This document shows, in pieces, positions 41,742 to 56,300 of a DNA stretch of 64,000 nucleotides (within the stretch, counting starts at the first letter, position 1; every line of letters begins with the position of its first letter). Position numbers and translations under genes: made by a program. Under the pieces are notes generated by a model. It ran no database searches. It saw only the letters and a list, made by a program, of their open reading frames with translations, and was not told where the DNA came from. The DNA is from Yuukianura sp. NJ FZ-2021 (Eukaryota), in contig CM102283.1 in the NCBI GenBank assembly GCA_046563655.1, forward strand, positions 8,184,001 through 8,248,000, written 5' to 3'.

Positions 41742-44700
41742 ACTTTACCTCGATCTTCATAAGTTAAATTTGACTAAAAATTTTGATTTTCACAAAATTG
41801 TCCACAAAAAACCTGGATTTCAACGGTTTGGTATTTTCAAAGTTGCAAATTTTTTTAAAGAAAGCAAGAATTGCTTGAAATGTTTTCAAGGTTTCCACTT
41901 CTAAGTACGAAATTTTGAAAAGTGACTTTCACTTTTCTAAGACAAGGTGAAAGCGGGTGGTTGCTAGACCATGAAAAATGAAATTAGACTTTTTTAGCTT
42001 ACGCAGTGAAAAATAAGCCACTGAAACACGAAACTGAGGTAATTGTGTTCATCACGCATGAAACAATGTTAACTGAAAATGCTCACATTTACTTCAGCAG
42101 TAGCTCAATTTAAGCTTAAGCAGGTTGAAATTAATGAAAGATGAAACCAACGTTACCAAAAATAATTTGAAATCGAAGCTCAATTGAATTAACTTTTTCT
42201 AAGAACGATATCAAATACAGTACGGTTAAACATGAAACTTTTGCAAAAGAGAAAAGAGAAAGCGAGGGTGGAAAGCTAAAGAAAATTAATCTGTGACTTT
42301 CCAGACATAACGAATGAGGCTTTTCTTAGTATTGATACAAAAAAAAGCAATATCCAGAAACACGCTTTGTTCAAATTAGTTTGAAAAAGGAAAAGAAAAA
42401 CTAAGGAATCAATAGGAATCAAGCATTTGTGTTTTCGTTTAGAAATGCTCGGATTCGAGTAAGATAGAGACAAAAGATTTTGTGGAAGACTCCTTTGACG
42501 TCAATAATTGCCGCCATTTAAGAGATTCCAATTGAGACATCTCTTTCTGTTGTCTCAGAATTTCCACTTTCTCTTTTACTTTCACCTGAAACCTAAAGCC
42601 TCAGTTCTGAATGTGTCCATACGTTAAGCTTCCCACTTTCCTTTCTCTTCGTTTCCCATTGTTTCATTAATCATTCAGTTCTAAAAACCTAAAGTGCAGC
42701 TTATTTCTCCCGATTTTTGTTCTCAGAGATCAAGTCCTTAAGGGCCCCCATGGATTCTTAAGGGCCCCTGTGGATCTTTAAGAGAAAGAACAAATCCTCA
42801 AAGGGACTTTGAAGTGTCTCAGACACTGAGAGCCATCAATTAGGAATTGTCACGTAACTCATCCCGGTCTTTTTAGTCTCTTGAGATGAGTCACTCTAAC
42901 ATAGCCTAACCTTAACCTAACATAGTCACTCATCTTCTTACTTTAATCTCTCTGAGCAAATGAAAACCTAATCTTAACCTAACTTAACATTTCAAATCAC
43001 GTTGAGCTGGACATGGACATGTGCTGGACAATGCTGAGTGGGATGTCTTGGTCAAGTGCGAAGCTGTTAGGCCTGGACCCTGTTGTGCAAATAAGTGCAA
43101 AGTGTTTTTTTGCGAATTGAATGAAACCGGTTTAATTTTGGCGCTGAGTAAGACAAATACAAAATGGAATGGAGTGTCCATTAAACAAAAGTTTTGGCAA
43201 ATTGCAAACTAGCAGGGGATCCGTGCTAAAGCCTAAATTCAATCAATTTCCAATGTGCCTGAAAGCATAAAATTCGCAAATTGAATTTGCCAAAATTTGG
43301 GAAAACAACGTTCAACAGGCTGAGTTGCCGACATATGCCCTTTGCATTGGCCATTGAAAACAAAAACTTCTAAATTCAATAGAAATTAAGAAAAACTCGC
43401 AATTGGATTTTTGTGCGGCGTGAAAGTTTTATGCAGCAGCATCTTAAGTTACCATTTCCAAAATTTGGCCAATCAAAAACTTTCAAAATTTTATTTCTCA
43501 AATTCTTCCATTACCCAGAATTGCCTTTCAGAAAAGTTTTTTTTTGGGTAAATTGCGTGACCTTTGACCTGTTGTTCATTCTTAGTCTTTCCTATCTGTA
43601 CTTAAGTTATATGAATTTGATCCTGTGGATGAAATAAAAACGAAAGATGATGATTGAACATAGGTAAAAGTACAAAGATCATTTTCCGGGCGTAAGGCGT
43701 GTTGAATGACCTCAAAGACATGGAGTTTTGGGCGGGAGCATTTGAAATTGTTATTATTAGGAGTGACAGGAAGACAAGAAAGTGGATATCGTATAGGTTT
43801 TCCGGTTGGTCATGGATGAATGACTGCCTGTCACTGAGGTATCTAGTTACTGTGCAAGAAGTGGAGAAAATAACTTTCTTTTCTGGTTTTAGGTACTGTT
43901 GGATATTGTCTCTCGAGAAATCTACTTAAGGAGGAAACGCACTCCGCAATTACTTGGATTTATGAGAGGCAGAATAATGAAATGCCAAAAGTTGTAGTAA
44001 TTATAGACGTTTTCGAAATCCCAAATGTACAAACTTCAAATTGCTCCCAAGCTCATTGATTTACACTAACTAGGTAAAAGCTTTGTTAAGTTTTAATTTG
44101 ATCAACAAAACTTGTGAGTGAGAATGTATCACAAATTAATCAAAGCCTTTTACATCAAATCAAAAGAAAAGTTTTACTAATAAACCTAACCTGGGCTTCA
44201 TTAGTACACTCTAGAAAAAGGGAAACAAGTTTACAAAAAGTAACATTGGAAAAAGCAAAAAAGTAATTCACAAAAGCTAACTCAAAACTAAAAACGATTA
44301 CAAAAAAAAGTTTTGGAAAATACCCATTCATTGATGTTTTCCTAATTTGCAGAAAATGAATCAAAAGGAAATGCTGATTTTCAAAATTTTGAATTTTTAC
44401 TACATTTTTTCTTGTAACAGAACAGTAACTACTACAGTGTCACTGTGTGTTGATTATTGAAAATTTTTGTTATTTATTATGGTTGAAGCCATTGAAAAAA
44501 CTAGGATTCACTTTACAAGTTTAGGTCTTGAAATTTTCTGAAGTTAAATTGATGTGAACTTTGTGCAAATTAAAAATTGAATGTAAAAAGTTGAAGAAAA
44601 ATAATAATGTTTTTTCTTTGTCAAAAAATTGTTTTATTTTACATTGTTGAAATTTTGAGCCTTACCAATTGCAGTTTAGTTTTAGAAGAGCCGAGGGATG

Positions 44701-45735
44701 AAGACGGAGTGATGCCCGGTGAAAGTCTTGCGAGTACTGACGCCTCTCTGCTTCTTTTCTCCGCTTTCTCTCTCCCTTTTCTCACGCTTTCACCCCAACT
44801 TCTTCATCCACCTCCCGTCTTGTCCAATCCAGAACCATCCGGACACACACCCACTTGTACTATTTATTACTTACCACCAGCATGGCACACCACCAACGCT
44901 CCATTTTGTTCCAGCCAGCACTTTCTCCTCCACTTTCCAGCCGCTCCAGCCACCTTCCAGCTCCAGTCGGAACCACTCCACCCACTCATGTTTTAGTCGT
45001 AATGGGACATACATGAATATAAGAATTAAGAAAACGAGCAATTAATATTTAAAGTAATGATATTGAATATAATAATAATTATAAATCATTTAAATAGTAG
45101 TTTAGAAAAAATAAGTTTAGTGAGTGAAAGTTGGTGGCTATTGTCCTAACTATTTATTGAAGGCGCTGACATGTGAGACGGTTTGAATTTCAAAAAGGAA
45201 AAGCGCAGGAAATTTGAATTTCAATTTAGCAAAACTAGAGCAGCTTTCTCTTTCATTCATTTTACATCATTTCATCTCATCTGGTTCTGCATATTTATTG
45301 GAAGATTTTGCATTGGATAAGTTAAGTTTGCACTTTTTACACATTTACACATCACCTCTTTTAATTAATCACAGATACAGAGGGCCAGAGGACGAGAGCA
45401 GAAGAATGAGATAAGATTACTACAAGATTAATCACTTCCTATTGTTCTCCTTCAAAAATCTCCTCGTCACCTCATAAAGCTGTTCAAGCTGTGCTATGCT
45501 CCGACCATACCGGATGTTCAAAACTTAAAGTTCTCGTAAGAGGTGACATATTATTTATTAGTTCTGTTTGACAGTTGTGTATTTTCATACAAATAATACT
45601 GTTTTTATAGGTAGGCGACAGCGGATCTCGGAAGCCAAATGGTACTTCTCGTGGGAATTTATTTTTACCATATTTATTTTGTTGCCTTACCGTCACGGTG
45701 TTGTATAAGCTGATACGGACACGTTGGAATAAAAT

Positions 45736-48700
45736 ATGGCAGAGGGAAGCCAAATTGAAAAGTGGACAGTATACTCCAGTTCCCAGAACCTTCCGGCCAT
45801 TCTGAATGATCCGAATCGAGGAAAGCAGGTATGACGATAGGAGTAAACGATAAATTGAATGTTGTTAACGGTGTGACGTTTGTGTTTTACAGAAAGACTT
45901 CTTCACTAGGACATGGGGAGATTCGTTTGTAGAAAGTGCAGCTATTGCGGGTTCGCCAAGACTAGACGAAGTTCCGAATTCCTATTTCGTTCCATATTGT
46001 CGAAAATTACGAAAAGTATGAGATACATTTCTTCATGCAAGTATCCTAAAGTATTGATGCTCAACTTAATGCATTTGCTTTTGAACAGAGACATAGACAA
46101 CTGGATAGGAAACTATCAAGTGCGCAAGTTGATCCTACAAATCCACTGTTCCCGGCTCTCCTTACCCGGGAGTCCGGTCGAGACATTTTGAAGCCCGAAT
46201 CAAGTCCAATTCCAAGAATATTTTTTACTCAGAATTTTGCCATCAACAACAGTGAAACATTTCGGGAAGTGTTTGAAGTCCAGACAGAAGGTTTACCGTC
46301 TAAAATGATTCAAGACAAATTGAGTCACTACTTGGACTTGGTTGAAGTTGGACTTGCTCAACAGATTAGCAAGAAGTCATCCGCCTTCTTTTCAGCTGTT
46401 TCTTCACAGGACAAAGTTGCTGAAAAAGTGTCGCAAGCTTTCCATTGTGTTCGACAAATCAAGTGAGTAGTTCTGACGTCATCCGTCACACCAGTTGCAG
46501 TCCGTTTGCTCATTGATTCGCATTATTAATTGAATGACGTTAATGCTTTCCAGAGAGCTGTTGGCACAAGCAAAGACCGACTACGTAGAAGCACCAAAGA
46601 AGATTCTCGGAATGGCGCAAAAGAAATCGAACCTTATTCTTGTACTTCAAAAGGTATGTATCGGCGTTAAGCCTCATTGGTTCTTCTTAGAGATTGTAAA
46701 GTATAAAGTGTAATAAAAGTTTATGTGATAATGGTCATGCAGTTGCAGTTAATGGGAACAGTACATCAGGCCCAACGAGCCATTCAGTCTCTACTTGGAA
46801 ACTCCGACTACGTAGGAGCTCTCGATCTCATTTCCACCACCCAAGAAGTGCTCAAGCAAGAGTTGCAGGGTCTCGTCTCTTTCCGGTTCGATTTTAAAAA
46901 AAACTGTCAATTGTTTGCTTGTACCTCAAAACTATTGATTTTGTGTTTAATTTAGGCATCTGGACTCTCAGCTAGTAGAAATTCGTAATGCAATTGAAAA
47001 AATGTTACGTGCTGAACTGGAGCGAAACTTATCGGGAGACTTGAATCGACCAATAGAACAAATTCATGCCTTTTACGACAAGGTAAATGCACTTGGCCTT
47101 TAATACATAACGTTACCTTTTCTTTCAAGTTTTGATGCGCTTTTTGAATTTAAACAGGATCGCCTTGTGTCAATCATGTTGGGCCACCTCCGACTTGGCA
47201 AAGTTGCTCCAATTGTTACCGTTCTAGCTAAAGAAATTTCAACAGCAATGACTGCCACTTGTAAACAGACGCTTATCGAGGCTGTTTCAGAATCAGACTC
47301 CAAGTCCGACTCACTAATAGGGTCTACTGCAGTACAACTTGCTATTCCTCAACTTGGTAAAGCTTAGATCAGAATCGTTTTTGCTTTGTACATGTATGAC
47401 TACGTGTTGGAGCTCTCTGTTTTCATGTTTCTCTTAATTTTTGTTGTTTTTGGTTTTCAGATTCTAATTTGTGGCTGAAAATGATTGAACAGCTGAGTCA
47501 ACGCTTGGTCATTCTTTTACGCCACATTCGTGACATCATTCTCCTATTTCAAGAATGTGGTGACTCTGCAATCAGAAGAAGTGAGCTCAACGGTGTTAGA
47601 GCTTCGTCGCAACCCCCAAGTGATAAAGAACTTGACGAGCCTGAACCACTAGTGAGCCTTGAATTGTACGGAAACTTAACTACCGAACTATCGGCTCAAC
47701 TTGAAAAAACTACTGGAACAGCTGATGAAAAGTTCACTGGAATCCTTAGAGCCCGGAGAACGTGGACAGTACGTTCTGAATTCATCGGAACTCTACTCAT
47801 AGTGCGTAAATTTATTGACGAACTAGAAGAATTTCTACGCAGTTTATCACGCGTTTCGGATTCGAAAGCATTCCGGTACACTTCTGCTGCCGAAATGAAA
47901 ACCCAAACGACTGATTTCTTTCGGGATTTTCATAAGAGGCAAATAGAAGCAGTCAACTTGGCTCTTGATCGTGAAAAATGGAGAACAGCTTCTGAAGAGA
48001 AAATTCAGCGTTTGTGGCCTACTACCGACATTAAAACGCTTATAAGCCTGGTGGAAGAGGCTTCTATCCGGGGAACTAACATAGTCAACTTACCATCGTT
48101 ATCGACCGAATCAGATGTTAATGCCAACACAGAAACTTCCAATGAAATCCCGCCAAATTCCTCTACGCTTCCTCTGTCATCGCAGCAGACCAAGGCTGAA
48201 GAGCCAGTTAGAACAGCTGAAGTGTTTTTTGTGATACTGTACATTGTGGCAGAGTACTCGTACATTCTAAATCTTACTGAAAGTGCTGAAGTTATGTTAG
48301 GATTAGTGGAACTACTGAGAGGAGCTAACGTGCGACTAGCCAATTTAGTTCTGGGAGCGGGAGCAGTTGATTTGAAAACTATCAAGTCCGTTACTGTTTC
48401 GAATTTGGCTGTGGTTGTACGTGGACTGGGGCTGCTAGGGTCAACGCTGACGGAAATCCGAGAGATGTTTGCTAAGACTTTACCACCAAAAAATCATCAT
48501 TTGCTCAAGCATCTAGACACTGTGCAAGGTGAGATGCTGCGACACTCGGAAGATCTCGAGGCCAAAATGCTGTTCATCATTACGCAGGTCATTGACGCTG
48601 AATTGAATAACTGGGAAGCACGACCTCCTGTACCATCGAATTCAGTCAACGCAGTTTCCAGAAATCTAACAAAGTTCAAAGAAGTTATAGCTCCGATGCT

Positions 48701-49314
48701 GACACAGAAGCAGGTGAAGTGGCATTTTATAACAAAAATTTCATAAAAGTTTCAAGTTTATGGTTTTTTTTGTTTCGATTTTCAGATTTCCGATGTTTTC
48801 ATGAAGGTAGACAAAGCATTCAGAGCGAAACTGAAAGAGAGGATATCGGTTCTAGGAATTTTGAAAGATGGCGGGCCAAGACATGGGTGAGTGTGGCTGT
48901 CGCTTCTACATGATTTTGAGTGGACAAATTTTCGCGGGCCAAACTATCCATTTCAGAATTTCTATTTGATGCATCTTTTAGTTTGTTTTTTAAAGTTATT
49001 GCGTGATTTTGAATATTTTTAAAATGCAAAGTCTCGTTTTTGCGTCATTTGACGTTGACATCTTAATAGATTTTTTCCAGTCGATGTTATTCAGCATTAA
49101 TCATGCTGGTTCTTAATTCTAAAGTTGAATTCAAGTTAACTAAACTGGGATTTTCCTTTCTCTGACTTTGTACAGGGTCGTGACCTCTGAAATGATGCAT
49201 TACGCTGAGAATCTACGGAAGCTCAATGTCCTTCCACCCAATGTGATATCCAATGCTGGGCTCACGCAAGAACTGTGGTCCACTTCTATAACTTCCAATG
49301 GCCTCACCAAGTGA
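45736..49314 (+). CDS. VPS54: Vacuolar protein sorting 54 (GARP complex subunit; scattered-like)
   Basis: QNLPAILNDPNRGKQ|KDFFTRTWG; IQDKLSHYLDLVEVGLAQQISKKSSAFFSA; LLGNSDYVGALDLISTTQEVLKQELQGLVSFRHL; LVLGAGA; WEARPPVPS; DGGPRHG|VVTSEM; stop TGA 49312-49314. Confidence 0.93.
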
Positions 49315-49946
49315 CCCCACCCAATTGACCAACATATGTGGCAACTCATCCTCCTCTTAATCTTCCTTACTCGTAAGCATCTCGCCAAATCCTACATCAT
49401 TCCACTCTTATCCTCATCCAGAATGTTTTAAATCCTACTCTTATTCTAGTCCAATCATTCCCAGACATGAGGACATAAAGATGCTGATTCTACTCGCAGT
49501 TATGATCACTTCGTCTTGACGATTCAAAATAAAAGATGTGGGGTATTAAAAACGAAGCTGGCATGTCGATTACGACATGATGAGAAACACACTACGCACA
49601 GATGATAAAGTTCTGGAGGGAGAGCCATGACCACTTAATTTCGTATCTGAATCTGCTCCTGTTTTTATTATCATCATCACTTCAACTTCATATGCATTGA
49701 GAGATTCTAGCTTTGGGGAGACTGTTAAGATTTTGTTGTTTTCTATTCAGTTGAGGATCTCCCCTGCTCCAGTCAGTGACAGATTATGTGAAGTTTACAT
49801 GGAAAGCACAGCACACTCTGGACCATTTCTACTCAATTTGGCTAAACTAAAGCCTAAATTGACTAATTGGGATCATCCGCTTGTGGTGAACAAGCATTGT
49901 CAATTAGATTTTGGAATGCCAGAACAACATTGCTGAGTTAACCGCA

Positions 49947-52900
49947 ATGACTTCTTCGGTTTTTACGTACTGTGTGCGTGCCTTTGTGCTCCTGGTTGTT
50001 CCCATACTTGTGGTGCCCTACTGGGTCAAAGTTCAGAGTCTGCGCAGTAGCAAAGAAGATGACCTTGACCCCCAGGGGGAAGTTCGGGCTAAGCGTGACC
50101 TTGCTCTCCAACAACCTGCTACTCCAATTACGTTATTTGGCGTCAGTGTTGAAACTGACCCGGAAGTGGGAGATGCCATGACTTTTGGTCCAGACGGTGG
50201 AGCGACTTTGATGGAAGAACAAACTGTGAACCTAGTTTTGTATGGACTATTTACGAATGCTACTAAAATTAGATTTGCTATGCATGACTTTTCGTGTTCG
50301 GTTGATGCTGACATGGAAGAACCAGATACGCTGGATGTTGTCCTTGACCATGGAAGAACCAGCGATGGATTTGCAAAAGTCGGGCGTGTTTATGAAGTTG
50401 ACCTGCCAGCACGCGAAGATTATCCGAGACTGTACTTTTGTCTATTGTCAGAAGACGGAACGTGGACACCGCAAGGAAACAGCATGGGGACGCACTTTTC
50501 CTTGAAAACACAGTTCCTGCCAACATGGATTCGCTTGATCTTTGTTATCTGCCTCCTAACGCTCTCTGGACTGTTTTCAGGTTTCATATCAAAATTTTAA
50601 AAATTTCAGAAATTAGGATTTGTAAAAAATACTTTTTCATTTTGTTTTTACAGGGCTCAGTCTTGGCTTGATGAGTTTGGACAAAAACGAATTGGCAATA
50701 CTAATCAACACTGGAACTGCGGCTGAGAAGAAATATGCTGCCAATATTGCTCCGATTCGAAATCACGGAAACTTCTTGTTGTGCAGCCTTTTGTTTAGTA
50801 ATGTCCTTGTCAACGCGTCCTTGACCTTGCTCATGGACACTTTGATGTCAGGAGTCTTCGCAGTGGCAGCGGCAACTCTAGGTGAACATTTAACTATCAA
50901 TTGTCCGAATTTTTATTGCCTTGTTTGTATTTTCTCAATGTTAATGTCTTTTTCAGGGTTTGTATATCAAAATACTTTGAATACAGTCAAACTACTTTTT
51001 TGAAATTCGAAATTTTTTACAAATTAACTAATTTTTTTTGTTTGCTTTTAACCTTAGCCATTGTCGTTTTTGGAGAAATTACACCACAGTCGATTTGTTC
51101 CCGTTATGGCTTAGCAGTTGGATCACATACGCTGTTTTTGACCAAGTTTTTTATGGCTATTACAAGTCCACTGGCTTGGCCACTAAGCAAACTTCTGGAC
51201 AAAATTCTTGGTGAAGAAATTGGAGCATTTTATACAAGAGAAAGGTTGCAAGAATTGCTAATTGTTACGGAAGGTCATCATGGACTGGAAAAAGACGAAG
51301 TTCAGCTCATTTCAGGTGGAACTCAAATTTTGAATTGATTTTGTGAACAAAATCGATCAAAAGTTGCTTTTCAACAGCTCTTAAAATTTTTGTTTTTGTT
51401 TTTTTCAGGGGCACTGGGAATGAAGAACAAATGTGCTGGGGACGTGATGACGCCACTGGTAAAGTTTTTTTTTTCAGAATTTCAAAATTCGAAAAAAAAT
51501 TGTGGCTAATTTTTCTTGAAATTTTATTTTTGAAATCTTGGCCTAGGCTTCGGTGTTTATGCTTTCGAAAGACGCAAAGTTGGATTATGCTGCTCTAGCT
51601 GAGATAGAATTTCAAGCATTCGCTCGAATTCCGGTTTACGATAAAGACAAATCCAACGTCGTGGGTTTACTCAACCTCAAGCAAATTGCCCAAGCCGATG
51701 GACGAGAAGCCGTTCCAGTGGGATCCCTGCTAGATTTCTATCCAAATTCAAAAGATTTGACCTATGTCACCCACGATTGCCATTTGGACAAAGTTTTTCG
51801 AAATTTCCGAACCGGAAAAAAAGCTCACATGATCTTTGTTACTCGAGCAGCAGAGAAGCCAAATCAAGAACAAACTACTGCTAATGACGGCTCTGCTGAC
51901 TCCAAACCTACCAGTACTGCTGCTGTTCCCGGAACTCCAGAAGTTGTTGGAATTTTAACAATGGAAGACGTTTTAGAAGAGTTACTTCAAACGCGTATTC
52001 TAGACGAAAAAGACATTGACAAACTACGTGCTCGTGCTAAAATCTCCGTCTGCACTCCCGCGCCTCCAAACTTGGTCAAAATCAATCAACAACAAGCTAA
52101 AACCCGGAATCGGATTTCCATTCCACCTCCAATGGCTCTCGCTGCTTGTCAATCTCTCAGTACAATCAAAGCTTTCAGTCGTACTGAAATTTCAGATACA
52201 ATTTTGAATCGTCTTATCAAAGCAACCGTTAGACGCTCAGCTCCACCGAAAACAGGAGACAACTTTTTGTACGAGGCGGGAAAAACGGCAAATTCTTGCA
52301 TCATGGTGGTTGAGGGGAACGTTGAAGTTTTGGCTGGAAATGAAAAACTTCCATTCAGTGCTGGACCATTTACGATCTTCGGAGCCGAATTCTTGTATTA
52401 CACTGACAAAGCTAAAGAAGATGCTGCTGCTGCTGCCGAAGCTAACAGAACCCGCATTCCTAAGCGTGATGCTAATGGCAGAGGGTTTCGTCTATCGACG
52501 TTCAAACGACGTCAAACAATTCAATTACGACGATTGGATACAATCAGGGCCAAACCACTTCCAAAACCACCAATTGCATTTCCAAAATATGGATTCATTC
52601 CAGACTATTCCGTTCGTGTTACCGAAGAAACTTTTTACCTTGAAGTGGATTTTAGAATGTACAGAGCTGCTCGTGCAGCAACTCAACTAGAACGGAAATA
52701 CAAAACGGATCCGAAAGCACAAGTTTTAAAAACTGGGTGGCGGTCGGAAGTTGAAGTGGAGCTGACAATAGTTGAAAAGGACCTTAGATTGAAACAGCGC
52801 GGGAGATTCGTTTGCGCAGAAGCAGAAGATTTTGAATCAGATGACGTTGATTTGGAAAACGACGTTTTGTTGGTCAATTCTTTACTTCTTGGAGCCGCAG

Positions 52901-52953
52901 CAGTTGAAGAGGAGCAAAGAAAAGACTTTCGATCCACCGTTGTTCGAAAGTAA
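49947..52953 (+). CDS. CNNM/unextended-family metal (Mg2+) transporter, divergent: DUF21 + CBS pair + CNBH
   Basis: N-terminal hydrophobic signal; [110 protein letters not shown]...AGPFTIFG...FIPDYSVR. Confidence 0.92.
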
Positions 52954-53393
52954 ACCGGCAGCTCAACTAACCACGAATTTTCAATATTTTGAAAATTCGG
53001 GATTTCCACAATTTCGAAATTCCAGGATTTCGAAAATATGATTTGTCGGCCAACATATCGCTGCGAGTGAAAATTTTATTCTTATAATATAAACGAAACT
53101 CTCTGAACTTTTTTTTTGTTTTCCAATGGAACAATTCCTGTAAGTTGCAAGTTTTAGACAAGGATTTTTGCTAAACTTTAAAAGTGCAGTAGATTGCTTG
53201 CCAATTTTACATCTAAAAAGACCAACTTTAGAAGTTTTGCTCCATGTATCCAAACTTAATCTTAGAAACTGAGTACACAGTTGACTTATAACTTACGTTT
53301 CACGCTCTCCTTCCTTATTTACGACGAAAATCTTCATTTGAAATAACCTCCAATTTCACAATTCGAAATTTGAATTTGCTTATAGACTTTAGA

Positions 53394-56300
53394 CTATCGC
53401 TGCTCTTGGAATTCTTCAGAGTCACCAGTGGCACTTGGGATAAACATGGGATTAGCAGAACCTCCTCCCATTGGTGCCATCATTCCAGGGTTCATTCCCA
53501 TTGGCTGTGGTGGGGCTCCCGTCGATCCACCAAAAACATCAACGTACTTCCCCCTCATGCCAGCTACAATTTCAAAAAAACAAAACATTTGTCAAAATTT
53601 TACATTCACATTTTCAAAAACTTAACTTTTATAAGCAAAAACTTACGTCTACCACTCTTCGGAAGCTTGTATTTGTTCATAGACGGCATAGGAGGCGGGG
53701 CCTGTCCAGTTTGCTGTTGCTGCGTGTTTAATGACTGTGGCCCAAGCGATGCCGGTGGCTGGATCACATTCTGGTTGTGATTGTAGTTAAGCGAAGATGG
53801 TCCCAGCGGAGGTTGCGCAGATGAGGGATGCATGTTCTGCGCAGTGACTGGTTGATTTAGTTGCGGATTGAAACTGGGCATAGGTCCGTCTGGTACTGTC
53901 GTTGAAGCAGGAGGTTGGCCATAGTTCATCTGTGAATGTGCTGACATTGGTGGGTTTCCATAGCCCATTGGTGGCTGCTGTCTGGCAGTATTTGGTGGCA
54001 TCAGTTCAGAATCCTTCGGCGGAGCAGCTAGAGCACTCGAACTCTCATCTTCCGTTTCCTTCGTGTTCCTCCATTTCTTCAAGTTCTCGTCCCATACAAT
54101 CGTGGGGTCCTTGTCATCTGGAAGAATCATCTGATTCTTGCCTCGAAGGCCCAACCAACTTAAAATTCCCTTATTGCTAGCACTGGCCTTTGCCTTTGAC
54201 GCTTTCTTACCATCGTCCTTTCCATCTTGCTTCTTCTCGTCAGCCTGAAATCATACAAAAACAGTTCAAAAATATTAGAATCACAAAGTTTTCAACCAAA
54301 TTAGGGTAAAAATAACTAAAAACACTTAAAAAATTAAACTCAATACACCGATTTAGCGAGAGGACGACGACTTCATAAGGTCAGAGGTCACATGGGGAGC
54401 GGAAATTTGTAAAGTGCCGAACCAAATCAAAACTTCATGCTCTCATAATCTCAACTCAACAAAACCAAAATTCAAAACAAGTTTTTGCAACATAAATTCA
54501 TGTTGTAGCAAGGTAAAATTTGTTAAATTGAGGAGTCAACCAGTTGTAAATGGCTACCTTCCATTGACCACCGTCAACCAATGACTCCAATGACTTGGAA
54601 GAGTTGAGATTTGGTCCGGCACTTCGGAGTAGTGGGAATGATAGGTTGTGATCAGCACAGGGCTCAACAACATCACAGCACTTCCGGTCAACCGGGTACG
54701 TTCGAACTGAGGTCACTTTGGAAGTTCTAAGTGGTGGGGCAGTGGGTGACGAAGGCGAGTGAACACGGTGGCTCAGTACAGTGTCAATGGGGAATGTTGA
54801 TTTGAACTGGACAGGAAGTCCCCTTGGGGTAGCAGCAGTTTCTTCTTCTTCACTCGTTTCTGTTACTTCGTCACTCTCCACTCTGCGCAGAATGTTGAGT
54901 GCTTGGGATCGACTCATGCGAATACTTTGCCCTTCTTCGTCGTCTTCAAATCTCACGGTTTTCCTCTAATAGTTTGTTCAAGCCAAGGATTTTCGGCCAT
55001 TGAGGTCAACTTTTCTAGATCTTTGGCCATCAAAATTTTATTGGAGGTTAAACAAGTCTTACCTTAGGGTTACTATTACTATTATCCTGATTTGAAGGTC
55101 TCCTGTTGACGACTGGAGCAGGTTGAAAATGGGGCTGCTGAGGAATGTCCATTCCAGGATAGCCATTTCCTATGGGACTGGATGCTGATTGTGGTTGAAA
55201 AGACGCTGGAGGGTAAATGTTGTTGTTTGTCCCTGCTAATGAAAACAAAATTTTAGTCCAAAGAGCTCGATGCAGCATCAATCAAAAATCAAAAAATTGA
55301 AACGGAAAACGAACTTACCAGGAGCGGAAATGTTATAAGGCTTTTGATCCGGTTGGAAGTACGCTGAATCCTGTTGATCTCTGCTATCTTGCGTGCTAGG
55401 TGTGAAGTAGGGAGTAGATGCTTGCCAACTTGGGACTTCAGGTTGATGTGCTTGCTGTTGTTGGCTACCCCACGGCTGATCTTGGTGACTGACATCGAAT
55501 TGTGAGTTGGATTGATTGGGTAGTTGGGGCTGATTCAGATTGTATGTCTACGTTACAAGAAAAAACGATTTTAAAACGTTTCGCATAAATTGCCAATACA
55601 AGCAAACCAATACACTATGCCCGACTTACACTTTTAGTCGTATGAGCCGGCAGCATCGGAACTGGATTGACTTCGTACATTGGTGGATTTAGTTCATAAA
55701 CACCTACGTTCGTATTCGTATTGGATTCTTGCTGGTCGTAGTAATCGTCTCTATCACCCTGGCTGTTATAAGCCCCTTGATAGTTTGAAGTCTGATAGAC
55801 AGCTGATGGATCATAGCCATTTTCTGTCAAGTTTTCTACTGGTGGTGGGGCAACATTTTGTCCAGTAGCAGGCGAACCTTGATCCACCGACGAAATTCCA
55901 ACTGAGGACGGAGGATAGCTCCCTCTGCGAGAACTACTTTCACTGTTATCTGTCGTCTGGGTTTCCAGAAGAGCTGTTCTCAGGTCTTGGATCCAATCGG
56001 AACTGTTTGCAGGATCCACATACTGCAATCTCTCTCCTATCTGAAGTAAATTCCACCTAAGAAAGTCATCCTTACTGCTCGCTTGTTTTGCTATCACTTC
56101 GGAGTAAGAATAGGCTTGGAATGTAAATCCAAAGTTGATTAGACTCTTGACATAGTCGAACTTGGAGTTTAGAAAGGATGAACCCAGGTTGAAGTGGGGG
56201 TCAGCCAGTGACATTGCATATTCATAGATTTCGGTCATCTGCGTAGCTTCGATAATGTTAGAGCGATCTGATGACAGTCCAAGTAGTGGACCAAGTTTAG

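Noticed and set aside
42980-43960. Short ORFs and splice-like signals between GPA2 and Vps54
   Set aside because: No coherent exon chain or recognisable domain could be assembled.
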